A stretch of 64,000 nt of DNA from an uncultured Gemmatimonadota bacterium (lineage in GTDB: Bacteria > Gemmatimonadota > Gemmatimonadetes > Palauibacterales > Palauibacteraceae): NCBI GenBank assembly GCA_964465015.1, contig CAYXHP010000068.1, positions 2,362 through 66,361 of the forward strand, read 5' to 3'. Position numbers and translations under genes: made by a program. Shown in pieces: positions 10,801 through 18,507 of this stretch (its first letter is position 1; each line of letters starts with the position of its first letter). Below the pieces are notes generated by a model. That model was not told the DNA's origin. It ran no database searches and was given only the letters and a program-made list of their open reading frames with translations.

Positions 10801-11294
10801 CCTTCGGGCTCGCCCTCCTCCTCGTCTACCTCATCCTCGCGGCCCAGTTCGAGTCCGTCCTCCAGCCGCTCGTCGTGCTCATCTCCGTGCCGTTGGCCGC
10901 CATCGGGGCGGTGCCGGCCCTGTGGATCGCCGGGGACGGACTCAACGTGATGAGCGGGATCGGACTCGTCATACTGATCGGGATCGTGGTGAACGATGCC
11001 ATCGTCAAGGTGGACTTCATCAATCAGCGGCGCGCGGCGGGCCTTCCCCTCCGGGACGCAATCGTGGAGGCCGGCCGGCTACGGCTGCGACCCATCGTCA
11101 TGACGACGGTCACGACCGTGTTCGGGCTTCTGCCGATGGCGCTCGGTTGGGGCGTGGGGGCGGATCTCCGGGCACCGCTCGCCGTGGCCGTGATCGGAGG
11201 GCTCACGGCTTCCACCCTCCTCACGCTGGTGCTCGTCCCCGTGGTCTACTCTCTCGTCGCCGGAAGGGGAGAGAGCGTGGCGGTCCGCTCGTGA
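7848..11294 (+). CDS. RND efflux permease subunit 1 (AcrB/MdtB-like)
   Basis: IRRPVAT start, [21 protein letters not shown] (TM4), [18 protein letters not shown] (TM10), RLRPIVMTT. Confidence 0.95.
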   Translation: MSLPGLSIRRPVATWMLYVAVAVLGVVSFVRLPIDLLPDIAFPTLSVWTTYRGAGPAEVERSITDPIEEVLGRVPGVRRVTSSSREGQSLVRLEFAWGTDMEFAALHARERLDDLASRLPRTADRPDILTSDPTSDPVLTVAVTGEDLRSLSQLSETVLKRRLEQLDGVALAALTGAPERELRVVVDPDRLRAHGLSLEDVAIALDQANYSAPGGMIHRGRFQYSLRTMGQFTDVEQLGEVAVEPSEAGAGGSVPGGGSSGRRTAGAPGRGAEAGLPAPVRLDQVATILDTTAAGRTISRFDGEPAIGLQVYKESGANTVRVANRVRATLDQLRRDYPGIRLALASSQAVFIREAISNVVQSLLLGGLLAFLVLFLFLRDPRYPVAIGLSIPISVLAAFALCYVADVSLNVMSLGGLALGVGMLVDNSIVVLENVFRHREEEGAGAHDAASRGASEVAGAITASTLTTVAVFGPVLYVKGVAGALFGDLSLAVAFSLLASLLVALTLLPVLAARFGSEPGATGERRVASGAVSLTDGEASGTSAGQAAGAGVAHASTPRPSPGRVGRPATVVRWIWSRVRRLGLASGRVTRMVAVFVVGSVRDSYRDLFRGLGRVASGVLTPVFEGFDQRFRSFAARYEAALEWSLERRGAVVGWTTVAFALVLLLGATLPRSLMPRVDESSFRADLELPAGTPLAVTSEAAGRIERLLRNTKGVESVFARVGRAAGSEAAVTPLSGVNTAALEVRLSSGSADADQVAEEVRRRLGFTGVDPAFVSFETGRASSLGRALGTGGAGLAVQIRGERLDQLVAVAESARARLVGSAHLLDARLDLQETQPELAVDIDRAAVARYGLTVREVADQVEAYLRGARTQRPFSEFARKVGIRVVLPAADRTDLPEVLGLAVGGVPLSALVTAHRDYAPVEIRHVNQARTVQVLADVRGAGLSRAVGDARSRLAGLRPPAGITIRVGGQNEEMRESFGSLLFAFGLALLLVYLILAAQFESVLQPLVVLISVPLAAIGAVPALWIAGDGLNVMSGIGLVILIGIVVNDAIVKVDFINQRRAAGLPLRDAIVEAGRLRLRPIVMTTVTTVFGLLPMALGWGVGADLRAPLAVAVIGGLTASTLLTLVLVPVVYSLVAGRGESVAVRS

Positions 11295-14200
11295 TCGAGC
11301 TCTCGGTCCGGCGGCCCGTGGCCACGGCCGCACTCTACGTGGCCCTTCTCACCCTGGGGCTGTACAGCTTCCGGCTCATCCCGATCGAGCTGCTCCCCGA
11401 GGTCGAGTACCCGCGCCTCACGGTGAACGCCGCGTGGCCGGGCGCCTCGCCCGAGCTCCTCGAGGCGCAGGTGACCGCACCGCTCGAGGAGGCGGCCCAG
11501 CAGGTGGAGGGCGTGCGCGAGGTGAGCTCGACCTCCCGGACCGATCCGCGCGGCACGGGCTCGAGCGCGGAGATCGACGTCGAGTTCGCACGCGGCACCC
11601 GCATGGAGTTCGCCCGGCTGGACCTCGAGGAGCGGATCGCGGCGCTCCACGACGCACTTCCGCCCGGCGTCCGGCCCACGGTGGACGCGTACGTGCCCGA
11701 CGAGTTCTCCCGGCAGAGCCGGCCCTTCCTCTCCTGGAACGTGCGCGGACCCTACACGGCCACGTATCTGGCCGAGGCGGCCCGCGACGAGATCGTGCCC
11801 CGGCTCCGTTCCCTGGACGGCGTCTCCGACACGCGCGTGTCGGGCGGCCAGCGGCAGATCGTCTCGGTGGAGCTCGACCCCGCCAGGCTCCGCGACTACG
11901 GCCTCGCACCGGCCGAGGTCGCCGACCGGCTGAACGGGCTGGAGGAGGCCCAGGGCCGGCCTGCGGGCTCGGTAGTCCTGGCCGGCCAAAGTCTCGACCT
12001 GTCGATCCACGCGCGGGCCCGGAACCTCGCCGACCTCGGGAGCCTGGTCCTCCTCCCGCGCGCCTCCGGCTCCGTGCGCCTCAGGGACGTCGGCCGTGTG
12101 CGGATCGAGGAGGAGCCGGCGCGATCCTACCACCGCATCGACGGACAACCCACCGTATCGCTCATCGTGACCAGGCAGCCCGGCTCCAACGCCATCGCGC
12201 TCGCCGACCGGGTGAAGGCCTCGGTCGACTCGCTCCGGGGCCTCCTGCCTCCGGGGGCGTCCCTGGAGATCGACCAGGACCAGAGCAAGGACATCCGGGC
12301 CCAGCTCTCGGATCTTCGCCTCCGGGCGCTCGCGGCGGCGGCGGTCATCTTCCTAGTCCTCATGCTCTTCCTGCGCTCGCTCGGGGGGGTGCTCACGGTG
12401 TTCGGCACCATCGCCTTCAGCGTCCTGGCCGCCGTGAATCTCCTCTACCTGGGCGGCTTCTCGCTCAACGTGCTCACGTTGGCCGGGCTCGCGTGGGGCT
12501 TCGGGCTGGTGGTCGACAACGGCATCGTCGTGCTGGAGAACGTGGAGCACAGGCGCGAGATGGGGGAGGGGCGCCTGGAGGCGGCCATTCGGGGCGCACG
12601 GCAGGTGGTGCTTCCCGTGGTGGCCTCCACGGCCACCACGGCGGTCGTGCTGGTGCCCTTCCTCTTCCTCCAGGGAGAGCTCCGGCTCTACTACGTGCCG
12701 CTCGCCTTCGCCGTCGGGTTCTCCATCGTGGCCAGTCTGTTCGTGGCCTTCACCTTCGTGCCCTCCATGGCGGCTCGGTTGGGCGGGTGGCGGCGCCGAG
12801 GGTCGGGAGCGCGCAGCGAAAGGGGGGTGGGAGCGGATACGGTTGATTGGGATGGATCGGGCATGACCCCGCCCGCGGCGCTGGATCCGGTCGTGGGCGG
12901 CCTTCCCGCATCCGCCGGGGAACCGGGCCGCCACCCCCCTCCGTTCTACGTGCGCGGCTACCGGGCGCTCCTGTCGACCGCCCTGGACCACCCGTTCGTG
13001 GTGCTCTTGGTGTGCGCGGGGGCGTTGTGGGGGAGCTGGAGATTGTTCGACGCGAACGTGACCCGCGGCGTTACCTGGGACTCCTATTTCGGTCAGCGGA
13101 GCTACATCCTGGTCACGATTCAGTTTCCACGTGGCGCCGGGCTAGAGCGCACGGACGCGCTGGCTCGCTCTTTCGAGGCCAAGCTGTCTACGCTTCCGGA
13201 GGTGAAGCGGTACGAGACATGGGTCCAGCCGCACTACGCTTCCATACGGGTCACCTTCCCGAGGGCGGTGGAAATGACCCAGGCGCCGGTGACCATCAAG
13301 GAGCAGATGGTCGCCTATGGTTACGGCTTCTCGGGGGTGGACGTACGGGTGTACGGGTTCGGGCCGAGCTTCTACGGGGGGCGCGGGAGCCCGCCCAACT
13401 ACTCTGTGAAGCTCTATGGTTACAACTATTTGGCGCTGCGCGACTACGCCGAGCAGGTCGCGGGGCGGCTGAAGCACTTCAGCCGCATTCAGGATGTAGA
13501 CCCCAACTCGAGTGGCGCCTGGTACGAGGAAGACAAGGCATTCGAGTACGAGCTCGCGCCGCGGCGGACCGCGCTGGCAGGCTATGGGCTCTCGGTGAAA
13601 GACCTCCTCGACTACGTGAGCTCAGACGTGCGCGGGACGGTCCCGGGCGGCGCGCTCGGGGGCCACATCCACATCGGCGACCGCACGTTCCCCTTCGAGG
13701 TGAAGCTCGAGGGCTACCAAGATCTGGACATCCCAACACTAGAGAGTCTCGAACTGCGGGGGAAGCGAGGGCGTCAGGCGCAGGTGAGCGACGTGGCCAC
13801 GATCGACCGCCGGGAGGTCCTCGCCCGGATCGTCCGGGAGAACCAGCAGTATGAGCGCACGGTGACTTGGCAGTTCCGGGGCCCGCGGAAGCTGGGCGAC
13901 GTGGTCCGTGATGCGGTCCTCGACGCCACCCAGCTCCCGCCCGGCTACCGGATCGAGAAGGAGGAGCCGTACCGGCTTTCGTCCGAACAGAAGACGGAGG
14001 TCTACCTGGCCCTGGGGTTCGCCGTACTCCTCATCTACATGACCACCGCCGCCCTGTTCGAGTCGCTCGCCGCCCCCTTCGTGGTGCTCCTCACCCTTCC
14101 GCTCGCCCTCATCGGAGTCTTCCTCGTCTTCTTCTACACCGACGCTTCGTTCACGCGCACCGCGTATATCGGGACGATCATGATGACGGGGATCGTGGTG

Positions 14201-14554
14201 AACAACGCGATCCTGATCGTCTATCACATCGGGGAGCTGCGCCTGGATGGGCCCGGGGCGGGAGGCCCGGGCCGCGCGTCCCACCGGCGGGCCGCCGGAG
14301 AGGTCTCCGACCGCGAGGCCATCCTGCGCGGGACCCTCGAGCGCGTGCGTCCCATCCTCATGACGACGGCTACGACCGTCCTCGGCCTCCTGCCGCTCGT
14401 GGTGTTCGTCGGGAGCCAGGACGCCAACATCTGGAACGCGCTCGCCCTGGCCACCATCGGCGGACTGCTCTCCAGCACCCTGTTCGTGCTGGTCGCGATC
14501 CCGGTCGCTTACCGGTGGCTCGTGCTCCGGCGGGGCGCGCTGGACCGTGGCTGA
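11291..14554 (+). CDS. RND efflux permease subunit 2 (AcrB/MdtC-like)
   Basis: GTGA overlap with permease 1; VRRPVAT, GLVVDNGIVVLEN, AALFES, GIVVNNAILIV, RVRPILMTT. Confidence 0.95.
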   Translation: MIELSVRRPVATAALYVALLTLGLYSFRLIPIELLPEVEYPRLTVNAAWPGASPELLEAQVTAPLEEAAQQVEGVREVSSTSRTDPRGTGSSAEIDVEFARGTRMEFARLDLEERIAALHDALPPGVRPTVDAYVPDEFSRQSRPFLSWNVRGPYTATYLAEAARDEIVPRLRSLDGVSDTRVSGGQRQIVSVELDPARLRDYGLAPAEVADRLNGLEEAQGRPAGSVVLAGQSLDLSIHARARNLADLGSLVLLPRASGSVRLRDVGRVRIEEEPARSYHRIDGQPTVSLIVTRQPGSNAIALADRVKASVDSLRGLLPPGASLEIDQDQSKDIRAQLSDLRLRALAAAAVIFLVLMLFLRSLGGVLTVFGTIAFSVLAAVNLLYLGGFSLNVLTLAGLAWGFGLVVDNGIVVLENVEHRREMGEGRLEAAIRGARQVVLPVVASTATTAVVLVPFLFLQGELRLYYVPLAFAVGFSIVASLFVAFTFVPSMAARLGGWRRRGSGARSERGVGADTVDWDGSGMTPPAALDPVVGGLPASAGEPGRHPPPFYVRGYRALLSTALDHPFVVLLVCAGALWGSWRLFDANVTRGVTWDSYFGQRSYILVTIQFPRGAGLERTDALARSFEAKLSTLPEVKRYETWVQPHYASIRVTFPRAVEMTQAPVTIKEQMVAYGYGFSGVDVRVYGFGPSFYGGRGSPPNYSVKLYGYNYLALRDYAEQVAGRLKHFSRIQDVDPNSSGAWYEEDKAFEYELAPRRTALAGYGLSVKDLLDYVSSDVRGTVPGGALGGHIHIGDRTFPFEVKLEGYQDLDIPTLESLELRGKRGRQAQVSDVATIDRREVLARIVRENQQYERTVTWQFRGPRKLGDVVRDAVLDATQLPPGYRIEKEEPYRLSSEQKTEVYLALGFAVLLIYMTTAALFESLAAPFVVLLTLPLALIGVFLVFFYTDASFTRTAYIGTIMMTGIVVNNAILIVYHIGELRLDGPGAGGPGRASHRRAAGEVSDREAILRGTLERVRPILMTTATTVLGLLPLVVFVGSQDANIWNALALATIGGLLSSTLFVLVAIPVAYRWLVLRRGALDRG

Positions 14555-14915
14555 GGTCGGGGCCGAGTCCTCCACCGGCGCAGCCGCGGTCGGCGCGGGT
14601 CGCGCGGCGGACGCTGGGACGGGGATGGGGGCGATCGACCCAGCCACCCCGTGATAGGCCGTATAAGTATGGGATACAAAGGCTCACAGGAAATAGGGCA
14701 AACGTATGAATCATGCCGTGATCTGCAAATCTTCCCGGGATGTCCCCGCCCGCCGATGCAGTGGAGGGAGGCGGCCGGCGGCATGTCGCTCCCGACGGTG
14801 AGCAAGGGGTGACGCGCTCCGTGGGCGACAGGGAGACCGAAGCGGCGGGGTGTCCGCGGCCGGCCGGTGACCTATCTTCCAGCGTGCCGGCCGGCGTCGA
14901 GCCCGGTCGGCCAGA

Positions 14916-15001
14916 GCCGGAGTGGCGGAACTGGCATACGCGCCGGACTCAAAATCCGGTGGGACGCAAGTCCCTTGTGGGTTCGAATCCCACCTCCGGC
15001 A
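14916..15001 (+). tRNA. tRNA-Leu (CAA)
   Basis: Acceptor stem GCCGGAG/CTCCGGC, anticodon arm CCGGA-CT-CAA-AA-TCCGG, long variable arm GGGAC-GCAA-GTCCC, T loop TTCGAAT, discriminator A. A TATCTT -10-like box lies about 40 nt upstream. Confidence 0.97.
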
Positions 15002-15009
15002 TGTCGACC

Positions 15010-16647
15010 TCAACCGTTCCCGCCCACCGGCGTGTCGCTCCCTTCGGCGCGACCGTTCCGCGACCTGCTGCCGGCCGCGCGGCCCTGGAGGCCGGGCCCG
15101 GGGTCCGGGGCGCGGGCGGGCTCGGGTGGGGCGGGAGCACGGGTATTCCGGCCCGACCCGGGTGGGGGCGCGGACCCGATCGGGTCGGGTGACCGGGTGG
15201 ACCGACCCGGATCCGGCAGGGGGAGCGTGACCACGAACCGGGATCCGTGGCCGGGTGTGCTCGCCACTTCGATCCCTCCCCCGTGGGCCAGCACCACCTC
15301 GCGCGCGATGGCCAGCCCGAGGCCGGTCCCGAGCGCGCGCCCCGTCTCGGAGCGCTGGTAGTACTTCTCGAACACGTTCGGCAGGTCCTCGCGGGCGATC
15401 CCCGCGCCCGTGTCCGTCACCTCGATCGCGATCGCGTCTCCCTCGCCGCGCGCACGCACGGAAACCGAGCCTCCCCGTGACGTGAACTTGAACGCGTTGG
15501 AGAGGAGGTTCCCGAGCACCTCGTTACGCAGTCGGTCCAGGTCCCCGTCGATGAGCGCCGGCGTGCCGGAGTCGGCCGCGATGGTGAACCGGATCCCGCG
15601 CTGGGCGGCCAGCGGCTCGAAGGTCCGGCGCAGGGCATCGAGGAGCTGGCCGACCGAGATGGGCTCCAGCTCGATCGCGAAGGCGCCCGCCTCCAGTCGG
15701 CTCAGGTCGAGGAGCTGCGTCACGAAGCGGTCCAGAATGCTCGCCTGCTCCCGGATCCGCCGCACGGCCTCCACCTGCGCGTCCGACAGGGAGCCGTATT
15801 CGCCCGCCGCCAGCATGTCGCTGTAGCCGGCCACGACCTGCAGGGGCGTCTTGAGCTCGTGGGAGGCCATGCTCACGAACTCGGCGCGCAGGCGGACGAG
15901 CTCGTCCAGCTGACGCGTCATCGCGCGGAAGGAGCGGCTCAGCTCGCCCAGCTCATCGGTCCGGTCGTAGGGAAGATCCTCGGGGGGCTCGAACTCTCCC
16001 CTGGCCACGCGTCGCGTGGCCAGACCCAGCTGACGGATCGGCACGGTGAGCGAGCCGGTGAGCCAGCTCCCGGCCACGAGCGCCAGGGCGATGGCGACGA
16101 GGAGCGCGACCAGGGTGCCCCGGGCGGCCGACGCGCTCAGGCGTCGCGCCTGCTCGGCCGCGGCGCCCGCCCGCCCGTCGATGGCTTCGGCGAGTGGCGG
16201 CAGGGAGGCGCGGGCGCGGTCGAAGAGCGGCTTGAGTCCCTGGAACTCCTCGGTGGCCACGCTCGTGTGTCCGGGCCGCACCAGCGCTTCCGTTCGCGCC
16301 GCGGACCGGCCGAGGACGGTGAGGAGCGCATCGATGGGCGCGACCTCGCGTTCGAAGCCGGCCCGGCGGAGGTCCCGGACCGCGCCGCGGGCGCTGTCGA
16401 GGGCCGCGTACATGCCTCGGCGCGAGGCCTCCCCCTGGACCGCGATGTAGCTCCGCTCCGACCAGTCGAGCTGCCCGAGCGCCGCCTCGAGTCGGCCGAC
16501 GGCCACCGAGGCGGCGGCATCTCGGCCCTGGAGCTCGAGCGCGATGTCGCGGACTTCCCGCAGGTGGACGATGCCGTAGATGGCGGGTCCGACGAGGAGG
16601 AGGGCGACGAGGCCCAAGGCGAGGACCAGGCGGGTGCGGACCGACAT
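15010..16647 (-). CDS. HAMP-domain sensor histidine kinase
   Basis: Two TM helices around a helical periplasmic domain, HAMP (DRTDELGELSRSF), H-box SHELKTPL, N-box NLLSNAFKF, G boxes DTGAG / GTGLGL. Confidence 0.95.
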   Translation of the reverse strand: MSVRTRLVLALGLVALLLVGPAIYGIVHLREVRDIALELQGRDAAASVAVGRLEAALGQLDWSERSYIAVQGEASRRGMYAALDSARGAVRDLRRAGFEREVAPIDALLTVLGRSAARTEALVRPGHTSVATEEFQGLKPLFDRARASLPPLAEAIDGRAGAAAEQARRLSASAARGTLVALLVAIALALVAGSWLTGSLTVPIRQLGLATRRVARGEFEPPEDLPYDRTDELGELSRSFRAMTRQLDELVRLRAEFVSMASHELKTPLQVVAGYSDMLAAGEYGSLSDAQVEAVRRIREQASILDRFVTQLLDLSRLEAGAFAIELEPISVGQLLDALRRTFEPLAAQRGIRFTIAADSGTPALIDGDLDRLRNEVLGNLLSNAFKFTSRGGSVSVRARGEGDAIAIEVTDTGAGIAREDLPNVFEKYYQRSETGRALGTGLGLAIAREVVLAHGGGIEVASTPGHGSRFVVTLPLPDPGRSTRSPDPIGSAPPPGSGRNTRAPAPPEPARAPDPGPGLQGRAAGSRSRNGRAEGSDTPVGGNG

Positions 16648-16664
16648 GCCGGAGGCGACCTCTG

Positions 16665-17390
16665 TCAGGGATGCAGCGTCTTGCGGATCCGCTCCAGCTC
16701 CTTCTCGAGCGCCGTCACGCGAGCCTTGAGCTCCGAGAGCTGCCACGCCACGGGCCGCGAGGCGAGACGGGGGAGAGGAGCCTCGTCCGTGCGGCCGCTC
16801 GCGTCCACCGCATCCGAGCACGCCGAGAACTCCGGGTCGGCCGGGGGTCCGGGATCGCCGGTCGGCGGGTCCTCTCCGGGGGCGTAATGTCCGCGTAGCG
16901 ACGACTCGTCGACCGGCCGGGCCCCGAGCTCGAGCGAGAGCACGTAGAGCTGCCTGGCCAAGGGGCGCGTCCAGGGCTCGCTGTCGTCCAGCGACAGGTA
17001 CCGGGCGCTGGCGCGCGCCGACGCCGCCGGGTCGGCGTTCGGGTTGCGGGGGTCGAGCCGGGCGCCGGCCATGACAAGGAGGGCGTGACGACCGGTCGGA
17101 GTGTCTCCGCAGCGGCGCCACAGGTCATCGTAGAGCGAGTCGGCCCGGCCGAATCGCTGCCCATCCAGCGCCGAGCGAGCCGACGCCAGGAGCTCCTCCA
17201 CCTGCGAGGCGTCGGCATCCCGAAGCGGATCGGCAGACCCGCCGGCCGACACGGCCGCGGGCGCCGGGGCGGGGATGGCGGCGGGCGGATCGGGCACCCC
17301 GGAAGCGCACCCGGCGGCCAGGAGGCCACCCGCCAGGACCGCGAGCCCGAGAACCCCCGCGGCCGCGCCCCGTCCGGCCACGCGGGTCAC
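16665..17390 (-). CDS. Helical lipoprotein with a C-terminal coiled coil (QseG/YfhG-like architecture)
   Basis: Lipobox LLAAGC, TPR-like helices (…LDPRNPNADP…), terminal heptads LSELKARVTALEKELERIRKTL; sits between the response regulator and the kinase. Confidence 0.7.
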   Translation of the reverse strand: MTRVAGRGAAAGVLGLAVLAGGLLAAGCASGVPDPPAAIPAPAPAAVSAGGSADPLRDADASQVEELLASARSALDGQRFGRADSLYDDLWRRCGDTPTGRHALLVMAGARLDPRNPNADPAASARASARYLSLDDSEPWTRPLARQLYVLSLELGARPVDESSLRGHYAPGEDPPTGDPGPPADPEFSACSDAVDASGRTDEAPLPRLASRPVAWQLSELKARVTALEKELERIRKTLHP

Positions 17391-17403
17391 GGCCGGTGCC
17401 CGC

Positions 17404-18507
17404 TCATGGCGATGGGCGCACCGGGTCCAGGGACAGGAAGGCCCGCACCATCTCCGGATCGAACTTGGTACCGGCCGCTCCCCGGATCGCCCGGAGCACC
17501 GTCTCGACCGGCCACGCGGGCTTGTAGACGCGCGCGTGCGCCAGGGAGTCGAACACGTCCGCGATCGCCACGATTCGGGCACGGATCGGAATCGACTCGC
17601 CCGAGAGGCCCGCGGGATAGCCCGCCCCGTTCCAGTCCTCGTGGTGGTGGCGGGCGATCTCCTCGGCGGCCATCAGCGATGGGATCCGGCTCCCGGACAG
17701 GATGCGCGCGCCGATGGTCGTGTGCTCCTGCATGGTGGCCATCTCCCTCCGGTCCAGCGGACCGGGCTTGAGGAGGATGGCGTCGTGAATGCCGATCTTG
17801 CCCACATCATGCAGGGGCGCGGCTCGCCCGATCAGCTCGGTCTCCTCGTCTCCCAGCCCGAGTGCACGGGCCAGCCTGGAAGCCAGGAGCCCCACCCTGC
17901 GCGTGTGCTGTCCGGTGGCGTCGTCCCGCCACTCGGCGGCCAGGGCGAGACGCTCCAACGTCTCGATGCGCGCGGCCTCGAGGTCGGCCGTCCGCTCCAG
18001 GACCCGCTCCTCGAGCCGGGCGTTCTGGTCCTGGAGCGCCAGGTGCAGGAAGCGGGTCTCGAGCAGGTTGGCGACCCGCAGCCGGACCTCGGAGGGGCTC
18101 GCCGGCTTGGTGATGAAGTCGCGCCCGCCGCGGGAGAGGACGTGACGCCGCGCCTCACGGCTCGAGTCGGAGGTGAGGACGAGGACCGGTCGGAGCGAGA
18201 AGTCCTCCACGTCGTCCTCGAGCCGCTCGAGCAGCTCGACCCCGTCCAATCCGGGCATGCGGAGGTCGAGCACCAGGAGGTCGGGGGGGGTGCGGAGGCA
18301 GCGCTCGAGAGCCTGCCACGGATCCGTGCAGCCACGGACCTCGCGGTAGCCCGCGCGCTCGAGGATCGTCGCCACGAGCTCGACGTGGGCGCCGTCGTCG
18401 TCGACGACGAGGATCTCGGCATCCCGATGGCGCGCGGACCGGGGACCCCGATCGAGGACGGACTCCGGCGGAGGATCCCGCTCAGTGAGAGCCTGGAGCG
18501 TCACCAC
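17404..18507 (-). CDS. Response regulator with HD-GYP c-di-GMP phosphodiesterase domain (RpfG-like)
   Basis: REC domain: ILVVDDD, DLLVLDLRMPGLDG, FITKP. HD-GYP domain: HDVGKIG, HHEDWNGAGYP, ADVFD, RVYK. Start uncertain; the chosen GTG overlaps the S46 gene end. Confidence 0.92.
   Translation of the reverse strand: MVTLQALTERDPPPESVLDRGPRSARHRDAEILVVDDDGAHVELVATILERAGYREVRGCTDPWQALERCLRTPPDLLVLDLRMPGLDGVELLERLEDDVEDFSLRPVLVLTSDSSREARRHVLSRGGRDFITKPASPSEVRLRVANLLETRFLHLALQDQNARLEERVLERTADLEAARIETLERLALAAEWRDDATGQHTRRVGLLASRLARALGLGDEETELIGRAAPLHDVGKIGIHDAILLKPGPLDRREMATMQEHTTIGARILSGSRIPSLMAAEEIARHHHEDWNGAGYPAGLSGESIPIRARIVAIADVFDSLAHARVYKPAWPVETVLRAIRGAAGTKFDPEMVRAFLSLDPVRPSP

Noticed and set aside
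14706-14801. Short Cys-containing ORF (MNHAVICKSS…) after the RND operon as a possible exported peptide precursor
   Set aside because: No convincing RBS, atypical codons and no leader/core pattern.
3720-15010. Active integrative element at tRNA-Cys or tRNA-Leu
   Set aside because: No integrase or transposase and no visible duplicated tRNA 3' end.
15010-15210. Pro-rich C-terminal tail of the kinase ending just short of the tRNA-Leu 3' end
   Set aside because: Low-complexity tails are common in this window and no function is evident.
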